Origin: Actinomycetota bacterium
GTDB taxonomy: Bacteria; Actinomycetota; Actinomycetes; S36-B12
Assembly (NCBI GenBank): GCA_016870515.1
Contig: VGBL01000006.1
Location: forward strand, 38-64,037
Length of the DNA stretch: 64,000 nucleotides
Direction: 5' to 3'
Shown here: one piece after another, positions 19,487-28,159 of the stretch
How positions within the stretch are numbered: position 1 is the first letter of the stretch
How the letters are laid out: the number at the start of each line of letters is the position of its first letter
Program-made: the position numbers and the translations under genes
The notes under the pieces: generated by a model
What the model was told of the DNA's origin: nothing
The model's input: the letters and a program-made list of their open reading frames with translations, nothing else
Databases searched by the model: none

Positions 19487-21066
19487 TCCGCGGACTCCTC
19501 GAGGCGGGGGAAGAGGATCGCGCCCTTCGACACCGCCGTACCGGCCGGCAGCTGACCCCATCGCGCCACGGCGTCGATGCGCTGCTCGCCCAGCGGACCG
19601 ATCGAACGCCCGGCGCCCAACTGATCCCACAGCGACGACATGGCCTTGGGCATCACCGGGTTGTAGAGAACCGCGATCGCACGAAGGGCTTCGCACATGG
19701 TGTAGAGCACGGTGTCGAGGCGCTCCGACAGGGCCGGATCCTTGGCAAGGACCCACGGCTCCTGCTCGGTGACGTAGAGATTCACCGCGTCGATGAAGCG
19801 ACGCACCGCCCCGATGCCGGATGCGAAGTCGAGGGCAAGCATCGCGTCGTCGGCCTCGGCAGCCATCACGGTCATCATGGCCTGCAGCGCCTCCTCAGCG
19901 GAGGTCGCCGGACCCGGCGTCGGAAGGACGCCATCGCGGTAGCGCTGCACCATCGCGGTGGCCCGGGATGCGAGATTTCCCAGCCCGTTGGCGAGTTCGG
20001 AGGTGTAGCGCGCCGACATATCCTCCCATGAGAAGGACCCGTCCTGGCCAAACTGGATAGCGCGCATGAAGTAGTAGCGGAAAGCATCGGAGCCAAAGTG
20101 GTCGACGATCTGCGAGGGGGCGATGCCGGTGAGCCGGGTCTTGCTCATCTTCTCTCCGCCGACGAGGAGCCATCCGTGGGCGAAGACGCATTGGGGCAAC
20201 GGCAGGCCAGCGGCCATGAGCATGGCCGGCCAGTACACCGCGTGGCACCTCAGGATGTCCTTGCCGACCAACTGAACATGAGCCGGCCAGGTCTCGTGGA
20301 AGAACTGCGACTCATCTGAACCGTCAGGTGCGCCATAGCCAACGGCGGTGATGTAGTTGAGCAGCGCGTCGAACCACACGTAGACGACCTGTCGCTCATC
20401 CCAGGGGAGCCCTATCCCCCACGACACGCTTGAGCGTGACATCGAGATGTCGACGAGGCCGCCGCGCAGGAAGCTCATGACCTCGTTGTAGGCGCTCGTG
20501 GGCTGCACGGCCTCCGGATGACGCTCGTAGTGATCAATCAGCGCATCGGTGAAAGCCGACAGGCGGAAGAACCAGTTCTTCTCCTTCAACATCTCCACGG
20601 GACGGCCGTGCACCGGGCAGAGCGGCACCCCGCCACCCTCTGGCTCGACCAGGTCACCGGGCAGCTTGAACTCCTCGCATCCGACGCAGTAGGGGCCTTC
20701 GTAGTCGGCCTCGTAGACATAGCCGTTGTCTCGGACGACCTCCCAGAAGCGCTGCACCCTCTCCTTGTGCCGCACCTCGGTGGTGCGGATGAAGTCGTCG
20801 TTCGCCGCGTCGATGGTCCCGACCACGGGCTTCCACGCCTGGTCGACGAGCCGATCGACCCATTCTTGGGGCGCGACACCACCCGCCTCCGCGGCCCGCT
20901 GGACCTTGGTGCCGTGCTCGTCGACACCGGTCAGGTACCAGACGTCCTGACCGCGCTGGCGGTGCCACCGAGTCAGGACGTCGCCCGCGGTCGTCGTGTA
21001 GGCATGGCCGATGTGGGGGGCGTCGTTGACGTAGTAGATCGGCGTCGTGACGTAGATGACGGCCAT
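19483..21066 (-). CDS. metG: Methionine--tRNA ligase
   Basis: 527 aa. YYVNDAPHIGHAYTT (HIGH) and KMSKT motifs are present. Confidence 0.97.
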   Translation of the reverse strand: MAVIYVTTPIYYVNDAPHIGHAYTTTAGDVLTRWHRQRGQDVWYLTGVDEHGTKVQRAAEAGGVAPQEWVDRLVDQAWKPVVGTIDAANDDFIRTTEVRHKERVQRFWEVVRDNGYVYEADYEGPYCVGCEEFKLPGDLVEPEGGGVPLCPVHGRPVEMLKEKNWFFRLSAFTDALIDHYERHPEAVQPTSAYNEVMSFLRGGLVDISMSRSSVSWGIGLPWDERQVVYVWFDALLNYITAVGYGAPDGSDESQFFHETWPAHVQLVGKDILRCHAVYWPAMLMAAGLPLPQCVFAHGWLLVGGEKMSKTRLTGIAPSQIVDHFGSDAFRYYFMRAIQFGQDGSFSWEDMSARYTSELANGLGNLASRATAMVQRYRDGVLPTPGPATSAEEALQAMMTVMAAEADDAMLALDFASGIGAVRRFIDAVNLYVTEQEPWVLAKDPALSERLDTVLYTMCEALRAIAVLYNPVMPKAMSSLWDQLGAGRSIGPLGEQRIDAVARWGQLPAGTAVSKGAILFPRLEESAE

Positions 21067-21077
21067 GGTGCGCGATC

Positions 21078-21947
21078 CTACTTTCGCTCACCGGATACGT
21101 CGTCGCCCGCATGCTTGGCGCGCACGACCGCCTCGTAGACCTCGCGCCTGGGCACCCCGCGTGCCTCGGCAACGCGGGTGACGGCCACGCGACGATCCTC
21201 GCCCGACTCCACGAGCGTCGCGACCTCCTGCGCCCAGTCCTGCGCGGACCCGCGTGCCTGGGCACCGGGCGCGCCACCGACGACGAGGGTGATCTCGCCC
21301 CTTGTCCCTTCCGCCCCCTCGGACAATTCGCGAAGGGAGCCACGACGTGTCTCCTCGTAGGTCTTGGTGAGTTCACGGCACATCGCCGCTGGCCGGTCCG
21401 GACCAAACACGGCAACCATGTCTGCCAGGACATCGACCAGCCGGTGGGGAGCCTCGAAGAACACCATGGTGCGCTGCTCGTCAGCCAGGCCGGCCAGCCG
21501 TCGCCGCCTCTCCCCCGAGCGCCGCGGGAGGAAGCCCTCGAAGCAGAAGCGATCGACCGGCAAGCCCGACACGACGAGGGCCGCCAGGACCGCGCTGGGC
21601 CCTGGCAGGACCGTCACCACAATCCCCGCCGCGATCGCCATGCGGACGATGCGGAAACCCGGATCGCTCACGGCGGGCATACCGGCATCTGTGACGACGA
21701 GCACCCGCCGACCCGCAAGCAGGTCGTCCAGCAGGATCGCGGAACGGACCCTCTCCACTGAGTCGTGAAGCGAGACCACGCGACCCGTGATGGTCACACC
21801 GAGGTCATGGCTCAGTCGCCTGAGACGTCGCGTGTCCTCTGCCGCGACGACGTCGGCGGTGCTGAGCTCCTCGCGGAATCGGGCAGATGCGTCGCCCGGA
21901 TGACCTAGCGGCGTTGCCCCGAGCACGAGGATCCCCTGACCGCTCAC
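21078..21947 (-). CDS. rsmI: 16S rRNA (cytidine1402-2'-O)-methyltransferase RsmI
   Basis: GILVLGATPLGHPGDAS, VTDAGMPAVSDPG and FFEAPHR are present. GTG 21947 sits 6 nt after GAGGA. Confidence 0.9.
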   Translation of the reverse strand: MSGQGILVLGATPLGHPGDASARFREELSTADVVAAEDTRRLRRLSHDLGVTITGRVVSLHDSVERVRSAILLDDLLAGRRVLVVTDAGMPAVSDPGFRIVRMAIAAGIVVTVLPGPSAVLAALVVSGLPVDRFCFEGFLPRRSGERRRRLAGLADEQRTMVFFEAPHRLVDVLADMVAVFGPDRPAAMCRELTKTYEETRRGSLRELSEGAEGTRGEITLVVGGAPGAQARGSAQDWAQEVATLVESGEDRRVAVTRVAEARGVPRREVYEAVVRAKHAGDDVSGERK

Positions 21948-21983
21948 CCGCACATCCTCGCAGCACGCACCTACGATGTCGGG

Positions 21984-23552
21984 ATGGCCGCAGGCACGCA
22001 GCAGGCGCCGTCGCGCGAGCACCCGCAGGCAACCGCGACGGCCGCCTCGCTCTTCGCGCCCCTGCCTTCCGTGGGCTGGCGTGGCTGGATCGGGCCGATC
22101 ATCGTTGCCTTCATCGGCGGGATCCTGCGCTTCACCAACCTCGGGAGACCCGATGCGTTCGCCTTTGACGAGGTCTACTACGCGAAGGACGGGCTGTCAC
22201 TGCTCCGCTACGGCTTCGAGCAGCAGTTCGACGACAGTGCCAACGACCTCATCCTGGCCTCCGACGGCAACTGGCGAGCCATCGACGTCTTCAAGGCCGA
22301 CCCTGCCTTCGTGGTGCATCCGCCATTCGGCAAATGGGTCATCGGATCAGGGGAGTTCCTCTTCGGGGTGACCCCCTTCGGCTGGCGCTTCGCCGTCGCC
22401 GTGCTGGGCACCATCGCCGTTCTCATGACCGCCCGCATCGCGCGCCGACTCACGCGATCAGACCTCGTCGGCATCGTCGCCGGACTCCTCCTCGCACTTG
22501 ATGGCATGCACCTGGTGACAAGTCGCACGGCTGTGCTCGACATGGTTCTGTCCTTCACGATCCTGGCCGCCTTCGGCTGCCTCCTGCTCGATCGCGATCA
22601 GGTACGCCGACGATGGTCCCTGCGCCCCCTGCCCCCACCGAGCCAGTGGGGTCCGCCCCTCGGGTCGCGGCCATGGCGCTGGGCTGCGGGGATTGCGCTC
22701 GGCCTCGCGTGCGCCGTGAAGTGGTCGGGGCTGTGGTATCTCGCCGCGTTCGGACTTCTGACGGTGATCTGGGACGTCGGCCTGCGGCGCAGGCTGGGCG
22801 TCGCCAACGCATGGTCGGCGACGCTGTTGCGCAGCGCGCCTCCGGCGATCCTGACCATGGTCGGCTCCGCGGTCGTCGTCTACGTGCTGTCCTGGAGCGG
22901 CTGGTTGCTCACCGAAGGCGGCTGGGGACGCCAGTGGGCCGATGACACTGCCTCGTGGATCCCCGCCGGGCTGCGATCACTGTGGCACTACCACGCGGAG
23001 GCATGGCGCTTCCATGTCGGGCTGGAGTCGGACCACTCCTACCAGTCCAACCCGATGAGCTGGTTCATGCAGACGCGTCCCACGTCGTTCTATTGGAACA
23101 GCGCGGACAACGGCACCGGCACATGCGGTGCCGACACGTGTGTCTCCGAAGTGCTAGCCCTCGGCAATCCCGTGGTGTGGTGGTTTGGATCGGTTGCTTT
23201 GCTGTGGCAGGTGTGGAGGTGGGCGGCACGCCGCGACTGGCGCTCGGGTGCGCTCCTGCTCGCCGTGCTCGCCGGCTGGGTGCCGTGGCTTCTCTACCTC
23301 GATCGCACCATCTTCACGTTCTACTGCGTGGTGTTCGTCCCCTTCATCGCGATCTCACTGGCCATGGCTGTCGCGGCTATCGTCGGACCCCGCGATGCAT
23401 CCCCCGAGCGGCGTCGGTGGGGGGCCGTGGGTGCCGGGGGCATCGTCCTGCTGGCGGTGGTCCTGGCCTGGTGGTTCTACCCCATCTGGACTGCCGAGAC
23501 GCTCCCCTATGCCCAGTGGCAGTGGCGCATGTGGATGCCCACCTGGGTGTAG
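21984..23552 (+). CDS. pmt: Dolichyl/polyprenyl-phosphate-mannose--protein mannosyltransferase (GT39, Pmt)
   Basis: 522 aa polytopic membrane protein. FDEVYYAKDG lies in the first loop. It is divergent from rsmI, as Rv1002c/Rv1003 are in M. tuberculosis. Confidence 0.85.
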   Translation: MAAGTQQAPSREHPQATATAASLFAPLPSVGWRGWIGPIIVAFIGGILRFTNLGRPDAFAFDEVYYAKDGLSLLRYGFEQQFDDSANDLILASDGNWRAIDVFKADPAFVVHPPFGKWVIGSGEFLFGVTPFGWRFAVAVLGTIAVLMTARIARRLTRSDLVGIVAGLLLALDGMHLVTSRTAVLDMVLSFTILAAFGCLLLDRDQVRRRWSLRPLPPPSQWGPPLGSRPWRWAAGIALGLACAVKWSGLWYLAAFGLLTVIWDVGLRRRLGVANAWSATLLRSAPPAILTMVGSAVVVYVLSWSGWLLTEGGWGRQWADDTASWIPAGLRSLWHYHAEAWRFHVGLESDHSYQSNPMSWFMQTRPTSFYWNSADNGTGTCGADTCVSEVLALGNPVVWWFGSVALLWQVWRWAARRDWRSGALLLAVLAGWVPWLLYLDRTIFTFYCVVFVPFIAISLAMAVAAIVGPRDASPERRRWGAVGAGGIVLLAVVLAWWFYPIWTAETLPYAQWQWRMWMPTWV

Positions 23553-23574
23553 TGCCGGGGCGTGGAGCCCGGGC

Positions 23575-24069
23575 CTAGCGCTCCGGGCAATCCTCAAACG
23601 TGTCCTCCGGCATCAGACACATGCCGTAGTCGACGACCGTCTTGCCGTAGGAGTAGGGGGTGCTGTCGTTGAGAAGGCCGCTCGTCGCGGGCATGACCAT
23701 GCGGATGCGCGTCGTCTGCATCTCGCCCAGCAGCGACGGGTTCACCGTGATGGTGGTGCGGTAGGGGTGGCTTCGATCGCAGCTCTTAGCAAGGCGTGCA
23801 CGGATGGTGATGTCAGCACTGCGCACCCACCCCATCTCGGTCTTCTGGCGCACGTAGGTGCGGGGCGACACGGGGTATTGCCAGCATTCGATGATCTCTG
23901 CCTTGATCACGGTGTCGCCAAAGTCACCGCACGAGTACGTCGAGTCCTGCAGACCCTCCTCCCACTGGCAAACGGCCAATGGCGCAGCCTGCGCGGGAAG
24001 CGCGGAAGGTCCAGCGCAGAGCAGGACGGCACCAAGCACCATGACGACAGGGCGAGCGAGAGAGATCAC
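23575..24069 (-). CDS. Secreted cysteine-rich hypothetical protein (no family recognised)
   Basis: 164 aa with a signal peptide ending ALPAQA-AP and six Cys in the mature part. GTG start follows GGAGGAACC. It has its own promoter-like elements and visibly more A/T-ending codons than its neighbours. Confidence 0.6.
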   Translation of the reverse strand: MISLARPVVMVLGAVLLCAGPSALPAQAAPLAVCQWEEGLQDSTYSCGDFGDTVIKAEIIECWQYPVSPRTYVRQKTEMGWVRSADITIRARLAKSCDRSHPYRTTITVNPSLLGEMQTTRIRMVMPATSGLLNDSTPYSYGKTVVDYGMCLMPEDTFEDCPER

Positions 24070-24090
24070 GGTTCCTCCGGTGTCGCCAAC

Positions 24091-24120
24091 ACGCTACGCG
24101 CTCACCCGATCAAACGTCGA
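24091..24120 (-). promoter_or_regulatory. Candidate promoter of the secreted-protein gene
   Basis: On the minus strand: TCGACG (24120-24115), an 18-nt spacer, then TAGCGT (24096-24091). The SD and GTG 24069 follow downstream. Confidence 0.3.
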
Positions 24121-24142
24121 CTCGAACGGCCGGTCCGTGGGG

Positions 24143-24179
24143 AAAAGCCCCGGATTCAATGGTGGAATCCGGGGCTTTT
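24143..24179. terminator. Bidirectional intrinsic terminator hairpin downstream of tRNA-Ala
   Basis: AAAAGCCCCGGATTC-aatggtg-GAATCCGGGGCTTTT is a 15-bp perfect inverted repeat flanked by A and T runs on both strands. Confidence 0.75.
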
Positions 24180-24180
24180 G

Positions 24181-24254
24181 TGGAGCTGAGGGGATTTGAA
24201 CCCCTGACCCCCTCGATGCGAACGAGGTGCGCTACCGGACTGCGCTACAGCCCC
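24181..24254 (-). tRNA. tRNA-Ala (anticodon CGC)
   Basis: Folded by hand: acceptor GGGGCTG/CAGCTCC with the G3:U70 alanine identity pair, anticodon loop TTCGCAT, T-loop TTCAAAT, discriminator A. Confidence 0.93.
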
Positions 24255-24337
24255 GAGGGATGCTCGCGCACCCGACGTGGTCGCACGGAGATTGATCGCC
24301 GTGGACAGTGCAGGAGCCTAGCAGTCAACGCGCGGCG

Positions 24338-24856
24338 TCATGCCGTCTGGTCGAACACCTCATCCCATGCCTCGCCCTGCACGGACGGCGAGACAGCGGC
24401 GGGGCGATGGTGGACAACATCGGGCGCGGACGGGACCGGTCGCATGCGATGTCGATCGCGGCGCGCCTCGCGTGCGGCACTTGAGCGTTCGAGTGCGCGC
24501 AGTGACTCTTCGCGATTTTGAAGTCGATATGCGACGAAGGCACCCGCGGAGTATGAGGCGAGAAGCACCATCGAGGCCGTCACGAACCAACCGCTCGCGT
24601 ATCCGAGCGCCCAGACTGCACCGGTGGCGACCACGAGACCGGCTAGCGCCCCCAGAACGACGTTGCGGCGGCGTGCCGCCGTTGCGGCTGCGCCTCGGCC
24701 GGTGGTCTCAGGCAAGCGCGCAAGCGCTCCCATGGCGGTTCGATGACGCTCGATTCGCCGGGCCTGGTCGTCGTCGTGGCGTCGCAGCCACATGGGAATC
24801 AGAACGGCGGCCCAGAGGGCAACGATGGCTGCGTAGAGAAGGCCCGTCACGACCAA
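24338..24856 (-). CDS. Small three-TM membrane protein, SepX/GlpR-like by position and architecture
   Basis: 172 aa. An N-terminal TM (LLYAAIVALWAAVLIPMWL) is followed by RRHDDD, two further TMs and a charged cytoplasmic tail. It sits next to rimJ-moaC-moeA-galU as Rv0996 does. The start is TTG 24856 or GTG 24850. Confidence 0.55.
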   Translation of the reverse strand: MVVTGLLYAAIVALWAAVLIPMWLRRHDDDQARRIERHRTAMGALARLPETTGRGAAATAARRRNVVLGALAGLVVATGAVWALGYASGWFVTASMVLLASYSAGAFVAYRLQNREESLRALERSSAAREARRDRHRMRPVPSAPDVVHHRPAAVSPSVQGEAWDEVFDQTA

Positions 24857-24926
24857 GAACGGTATGCGTCACAGGGGTCAGATCCGGGTAATGACACCCC
24901 GACTCTCGGCCGTGTCGCGCGGGGTC

Positions 24927-25535
24927 CTACCCGCCCGCGGCCACCCGCTGCCGCCGCCATCGGGCCAGCAGACCGCCCGGCACCTCTTCGGCGCACAGCG
25001 CATAAGAGGCGTGGTCTCGCCAGTCGCCGTCGATATGGAGATAGCGCGGACGCATGCCCTCGAAGCGAAACCCCAGCTTGTCGACCACGCGCACGGACGC
25101 GGCGTTCTCGGGCCTGATGTTGATCTCTATGCGGTGCAACCCGACCACGTCGAAGCAGTGGTCGGTCGCCAGGGCAACGGCCGTGGGCATCACGCCCCGA
25201 CCTGCGTAGCGCTGGTCGATCCAGTAGCCGATATAGCCGCTGAGCAGGGATCCGCGAGCGATACCGCCCACGGTCACCTGGCCCACGAATGCCCCCTCGT
25301 ACGTCAGGGCGAAGGGCAGGGAACGTCCCTCGCGCGCCTCCGCGCGCGCGCGGCGAACCATCGCGCCGTAGGTGTGTGGCACGTTGCGGTCGTTGATGGG
25401 GATGGTCGCCTCCCATGGCCGCAGCCACGCGGCGTTGCGCGTGCGGACCTCACGCCATGCGGTTGCGTCGCGCATGCGCAGGGGACGGAGGCCGACCGGG
25501 CCCTCCTGAAGCCGCGCCGGCCACCCCGCGGTCAT
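24927..25535 (-). CDS. GNAT family N-acetyltransferase (RimJ-like)
   Basis: 202 aa. GYWIDQRYAGRGVMPTAVALATDHCF is a typical GNAT acetyl-CoA region. It holds the Rv0995-like position. Confidence 0.8.
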   Translation of the reverse strand: MTAGWPARLQEGPVGLRPLRMRDATAWREVRTRNAAWLRPWEATIPINDRNVPHTYGAMVRRARAEAREGRSLPFALTYEGAFVGQVTVGGIARGSLLSGYIGYWIDQRYAGRGVMPTAVALATDHCFDVVGLHRIEINIRPENAASVRVVDKLGFRFEGMRPRYLHIDGDWRDHASYALCAEEVPGGLLARWRRQRVAAGG

Positions 25536-26017
25536 GTCGGTCGCGCCCAGTGACCACGCCGGCCACCTGACTTCTCGACGAGCATGACGTCGGTGATGAC
25601 GGCAGCGGGGTCGACGGCTTTGACCATGTCGATAAGAGCCAGGGCAGCGACCGAGACGGAGGTGAGGGCCTCCATCTCGACACCGGTCCGGTCGGCCGTG
25701 CGCACCGTCGCTTCGATGGCAACGTGGTCATCACCCACCATCACGTCGACCGTGACCCCGTGGATCGCGAGCGGGTGACAGAGTGGAACGAGCTCAGGCG
25801 TCCGCTTGGCCGCCTGGATGCCTGCGATGCGCGCGATAGCAAGCGCATCTCCCTTGGGCACCCCGGGGCCGCGAAGCAGGCTGATGACCTCACCGGACAC
25901 GAGCACTCGTCCCGTGGCCGTGGCCGAGCGGACCGTGACCTCCTTGCCGGTGACGTCGACCATGCGCGCAGCACCCGAGTCATCGAGGTGCGTGAAGCCT
26001 TCAGTCATCTCTGCCAT
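25532..26017 (-). CDS. moaC: Cyclic pyranopterin monophosphate synthase MoaC
   Basis: 161 aa. FTHLDDSGAARMVDVTGK, KGDALAIARIAGIQAAKRT and LCHPL are present. Confidence 0.95.
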   Translation of the reverse strand: MAEMTEGFTHLDDSGAARMVDVTGKEVTVRSATATGRVLVSGEVISLLRGPGVPKGDALAIARIAGIQAAKRTPELVPLCHPLAIHGVTVDVMVGDDHVAIEATVRTADRTGVEMEALTSVSVAALALIDMVKAVDPAAVITDVMLVEKSGGRRGHWARPT

Positions 26018-26023
26018 CCGTCG

Positions 26024-27238
26024 CTAGTCATCGGGCGATAGGTCGATCAGCACAAGCGGGTCGCCCTGCTCGACGCGCGTGACGCCAGGCGGGACAACCG
26101 CGAGGGCATGCGCGCGAGCAAGCCCCCCGAGGATATGCGAGCCCTGCGATCCCTCGGGAATCGCGGTCACGCCGTTGCCGTCCACCTGGATCGTCACACG
26201 AGCGAACTGGGTCTTGTCGGCGGGCGAGTTGAAGGTGTGCCCGCAGATCGCATCGATCCGCGCGCGTTCGACGCGCGGGCATCCGCGCAGCCGCCGGATC
26301 AGGGGGCGCACGAAGACCTCGAAGGAGACATAGGCACTCACGGGATTGCCCGGCAGGGTGACGATCGGCGCCTCGCCCACGTGGCCGAGGCCCTGCGGCA
26401 TGCCGGGCTGCATGGCCACCTTCACGAACTCCACGCTCCCAGTCTGGGAGAGGACGGACTTGACCGTGTCGTAGGCGCCCATGCTCACCCCGCCGGTGGA
26501 GATGATGAGGTCCGACCGGGCTGCCTCTGCCTCGAGAACGGCGCGTAGCGCCTGCTCGTCGTCGCGCACCGGACCCGCACGGTGCGGGATCCCGCCCGCC
26601 TCGATCACGGCGGCCATCAGCATGAAGGAGTTGGAGTCGGCGATGCGCCCCTCCGCGAGCGGCTGGCCCGGCTCGACGAGCTCGTCCCCCGTGGACAGCA
26701 CCGCTACGCGCGGGCGTGGGTGGACGCTCACCTCGCCCCGGCCCGCGGCGGCCAGGAGGGCGACCTGACGAGAGGTGACGACGATTCCCGCGGGAATGAG
26801 CGGGTCACCCTCGCGCACGTCTTCGCCCCGAATTCGTACGTGTGCGCCAGGGTCAGCGGCGAGGGTGATCGCGACGGCTTCGGTGCCGCCATCGGTCCAC
26901 TCGACCGGCACCACGGCGTCAGCGCCCTCGGGGATGCGCGCCCCGGTCATTATGCGTATCGCCGAACCGGGGGCAAGGGCACGCGAGGGAAGATGGCCCG
27001 CGGCCACATCGTCGATGACGGGGAGGGTCACCGGAGTCGATTCGCTCGCTCCGGCGAGGTCGGCCGCGCGTACGGCGTATCCGTCCATCGAGGTGTTGTC
27101 GAATGACGGAAGTGGCCATGCTGCCGTGACCTCCTCGGCGAGCACGCACCCCAAAGCATCAAGCAGAGGGACGCGCACCGGAGCGAGGGGCGTGCCCAGC
27201 GCGAGGGCCGCATCGCGATGGTCGTCTACGCTGCGCAT
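26024..27238 (-). CDS. moeA: Molybdopterin molybdotransferase MoeA (gephyrin-like; possible Glp)
   Basis: 404 aa. SFDNSMDGYAV-type region (SFDNTSMDGYAVRA), ISTGGVSMGAYD and PGNPVSAYVSF are present. Confidence 0.9.
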   Translation of the reverse strand: MRSVDDHRDAALALGTPLAPVRVPLLDALGCVLAEEVTAAWPLPSFDNTSMDGYAVRAADLAGASESTPVTLPVIDDVAAGHLPSRALAPGSAIRIMTGARIPEGADAVVPVEWTDGGTEAVAITLAADPGAHVRIRGEDVREGDPLIPAGIVVTSRQVALLAAAGRGEVSVHPRPRVAVLSTGDELVEPGQPLAEGRIADSNSFMLMAAVIEAGGIPHRAGPVRDDEQALRAVLEAEAARSDLIISTGGVSMGAYDTVKSVLSQTGSVEFVKVAMQPGMPQGLGHVGEAPIVTLPGNPVSAYVSFEVFVRPLIRRLRGCPRVERARIDAICGHTFNSPADKTQFARVTIQVDGNGVTAIPEGSQGSHILGGLARAHALAVVPPGVTRVEQGDPLVLIDLSPDD

Positions 27239-27240
27239 CG

Positions 27241-28134
27241 CTAGCCGCCTTCGGGATCGAGCACCGTGGGCAGCCAGGCCCGCAGTGCGGGGCCCAGGTC
27301 GTCGCGTTCGAGCGCCATCAGGATGTTGGCCTGCAGATAGGAGAGCCGATCCCCCGTGTCATATCGGCGCCCATCGAACAGCACGCCGCGCACGCCCCCG
27401 CCCTCTGACGCGGTCATGCGGGCGAGTTCGCGCAGGGCATCGGTGAGCTGGATCTCGCCACCACTGCCCGGTGGGGTCCGCGAGAGGACCGCAAACACCG
27501 CCGGGTCGAGGACGTAGCGCCCGATTACGGCAAGACTGCTCGGCGCATCCTGCGCATCGGGCTTCTCCACGAGATCGGTGACGCTGACGACATCGGGCGC
27601 GTCGGTGGGGACAGTCGCTGCGCAGCCGTAGAGCGAGATCTGATCGCGCGGCACCTCCATCAGGCACAGCACCGAGCCGCCATGCTGCTCGCGCACGGAG
27701 ATCATGCGTGCGAGCACGGGATCACGGGGGTCGATCAGGTCATCGCCGAGGAGCACAGCGAAAGGCTCATTGCCCACGTGGTGCTGCGCGGTGAGCACCG
27801 CGTGACCGAGGCCGAGCGCATCGCCCTGACGGATGTAGTGCATCTTGGCGAGGTCGTTGGAGGCCATGATGAGGTCCAGTCGATCGACATCGCCCTTGGC
27901 CTCGAGCGCGGCCTCGAGTTCGACATTGCGGTCGAAGTGGTCCTCGAGCGGCCGCTTGCTGCGGCCGGTGATCACCACGACGTCAGCGAGGCCCGCGCCC
28001 ACCGCCTCCTCGACGACGTACTGAATCGAGGGCTTGTCGACGACCGGCAGCATCTCCTTGGGGGTGGCCTTGGTGACTGGAAGGAAGCGCGTGCCGAATC
28101 CGGCCGCGGGAATGACTGCCTTCGTGACGCGCAC
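27241..28134 (-). CDS. galU: UTP--glucose-1-phosphate uridylyltransferase
   Basis: KAVIPAAGFGTRFLPVTKATPKEMLPVVDKP is present. I prefer GTG 28134 (6 nt after a TAGGGT hexamer) over the ORF start 28140. Confidence 0.93.
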   Translation of the reverse strand: MRVTKAVIPAAGFGTRFLPVTKATPKEMLPVVDKPSIQYVVEEAVGAGLADVVVITGRSKRPLEDHFDRNVELEAALEAKGDVDRLDLIMASNDLAKMHYIRQGDALGLGHAVLTAQHHVGNEPFAVLLGDDLIDPRDPVLARMISVREQHGGSVLCLMEVPRDQISLYGCAATVPTDAPDVVSVTDLVEKPDAQDAPSSLAVIGRYVLDPAVFAVLSRTPPGSGGEIQLTDALRELARMTASEGGGVRGVLFDGRRYDTGDRLSYLQANILMALERDDLGPALRAWLPTVLDPEGG

Positions 28135-28140
28135 CCCCAC

Positions 28141-28146
28141 ACCCTA
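28141..28146 (-). promoter_or_regulatory. -10-like hexamer TAGGGT 6 nt upstream of galU GTG 28134 (leaderless-type)
   Basis: The minus strand reads TAGGGT-gtgggg-GTG. It lies in the 19-25 nt gap shared with the divergent 5-FCL gene. Confidence 0.3.
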
Positions 28147-28159
28147 GGAGAATGGGGCC

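Noticed and set aside
25532-28140. Moco riboswitch upstream of moaC or moeA
   Set aside because: The genes are separated by 2-6 nt or overlap, and galU has at most a 25-nt upstream gap, leaving no room for a structured leader.
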